Assembly: GCA_963821845.1 (NCBI GenBank)
Contig: CAWGFI010000021.1
Span: 38,404-102,403 of the forward strand
Source: an uncultured delta proteobacterium
Lineage (GTDB): Bacteria; Desulfobacterota; Desulfarculia; JACQYL01; CAWGVV01
Direction: 5' to 3'
Length of the DNA: 64,000 nt
In this document: positions 63,501 to 64,000 of the stretch, piece after piece
How the letters are laid out: every line of letters begins with the position of its first letter
Position numbering within the stretch: the stretch's first letter is position 1
Notes under the pieces: model-generated
Databases searched by the model: none
What the model saw: only the letters and a program-made list of their open reading frames with translations
Told to the model about the DNA's origin: nothing
Position numbers and translations under genes: made by a program

Positions 63501-63622
63501 TGAGGAAAGAGCGCGACCGGAAGCTTCATGGCGCTCAACACTCCGCCGGCAACCAACAACACAAGCAGGAAAAGGATTGAGCGCCGGTGAGCCTGCATCC
63601 ATTCCGTCACGCTCATCTGCAT
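60576..63622 (-). pseudogene. Second RND efflux permease (AcrB/CzcA superfamily) split into three ORFs by two single-base frameshifts (~62640 and ~62060)
   Basis: ORFs 62657..63622, 61960..62607 and 60576..62111 are consecutive thirds of one RND permease. The first junction reads ...DVNISILV* with YDQSELILSSAASVREAILIGVVLAALILLLFLRS continuing one base out of frame. The second is ...YEALMRR | LLTHPWLVLLIVLPLA. Confidence 0.8.
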
Positions 63623-63674
63623 GCCTCCGTTGTGACCGCCATGCCGTCGGTAAGCTCATAGTTGCCTGATACGA

Positions 63675-64000
63675 CTATATCTTCCCCGGCTTTAGATCTT
63701 CCCCCATGACTTGGTACTCCCTGGCGTTCGCGATGCCAATGATCACGTTATGCTTCACGGCCCGGCCTTCCTTAACCGTAAAGAGGACATGTCCGTCCCC
63801 TTCCGGAAGGACGGCTGATCTTGGAGCAATCAGTCCTTCGGCGGCGGTGATTGTAATTTTGCCTTCGATGGATTCCCCCAGAAGAAAACCCGCGGGCGAA
63901 GTCAGGGTGACGAAAACATCGACCAGTCGCGTAGTCGGATTAACGGCATAGGAGATTTTGCGCACTTTTCCGGCTACTTCAGCCGAGGCTCGGAACGTTG
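63675..64000 (-). CDS. RND efflux adaptor (membrane-fusion protein), C-terminal part; gene continues beyond window end
   Basis: C-terminal beta-barrel/MP domain-like sequence (GESIEGKITITAAEGLIAPRSAVLPEGDGHVLFTV) upstream of the RND permease. The frame is open to position 64000. Confidence 0.55.
   Translation of the reverse strand, partial: TFRASAEVAGKVRKISYAVNPTTRLVDVFVTLTSPAGFLLGESIEGKITITAAEGLIAPRSAVLPEGDGHVLFTVKEGRAVKHNVIIGIANAREYQVMGEDLKPGKI

Overview
High-GC (~58-60%) chromosomal segment with deltaproteobacterium-like content (SelB, PRC-barrel, DUF4388, roadblock/LC7). I see no transposases, integrases, CRISPR arrays, rRNA or tRNA genes. In order, the window contains: (1) a MoxR C-terminal fragment, a VWA protein and selB; (2) a minus-strand signalling cluster of roadblock/LC7, a tandem DUF4388 protein, a REC-DUF4388 response regulator, a zinc-ribbon/Cache-like/HAMP protein with no output domain, and a small HTH protein; (3) a Wzx/Wzy-type polysaccharide locus (wzz, wzx, sulfotransferase, deacetylase-like esterase, two GT1, wzy, asnB-type amidotransferase, GNAT, large polytopic membrane protein) with an APS kinase gene immediately upstream, which suggests a sulfated polysaccharide; (4) an OYE/FadH-like reductase, a PAP2 phosphatase and serA; (5) a sigma54-type promoter followed by amtB-glnK-glnD; (6) znuCB with an upstream palindrome; (7) two tandem PRC-barrel periplasmic proteins with Met-rich segments; (8) a CoA-transferase, an unknown protein, a GNAT, and a membrane class-III adenylate cyclase whose periplasmic part carries (GxxGQMM)x3 repeats encoded by 21-bp DNA tandem repeats; (9) a convergent PP2C phosphatase and Ser/Thr kinase-FGE(SUMF1) gene pair, an SBP_bac_5 binding protein, a SHOCT lipoprotein, a cytochrome c and an orphan histidine kinase; (10) a czcCBA heavy-metal RND operon followed by a second RND permease and the C-terminus of its adaptor at the window edge. 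At least ten single-base frameshifts interrupt otherwise recognisable genes, mostly in short homopolymer runs: cysC, the sulfotransferase, glnD (5 sites), the gene at 37653, the cyclase and the second RND permease (2 sites). This pattern points to uncorrected assembly indels rather than biology, so all pseudogene calls here are provisional. My coordinates taken from the printed sequence lines disagree with the ORF-track coordinates by 1 at several spots, which I could not resolve; I used ORF-track arithmetic where possible, so feature ends carry +/-1-2 nt uncertainty.
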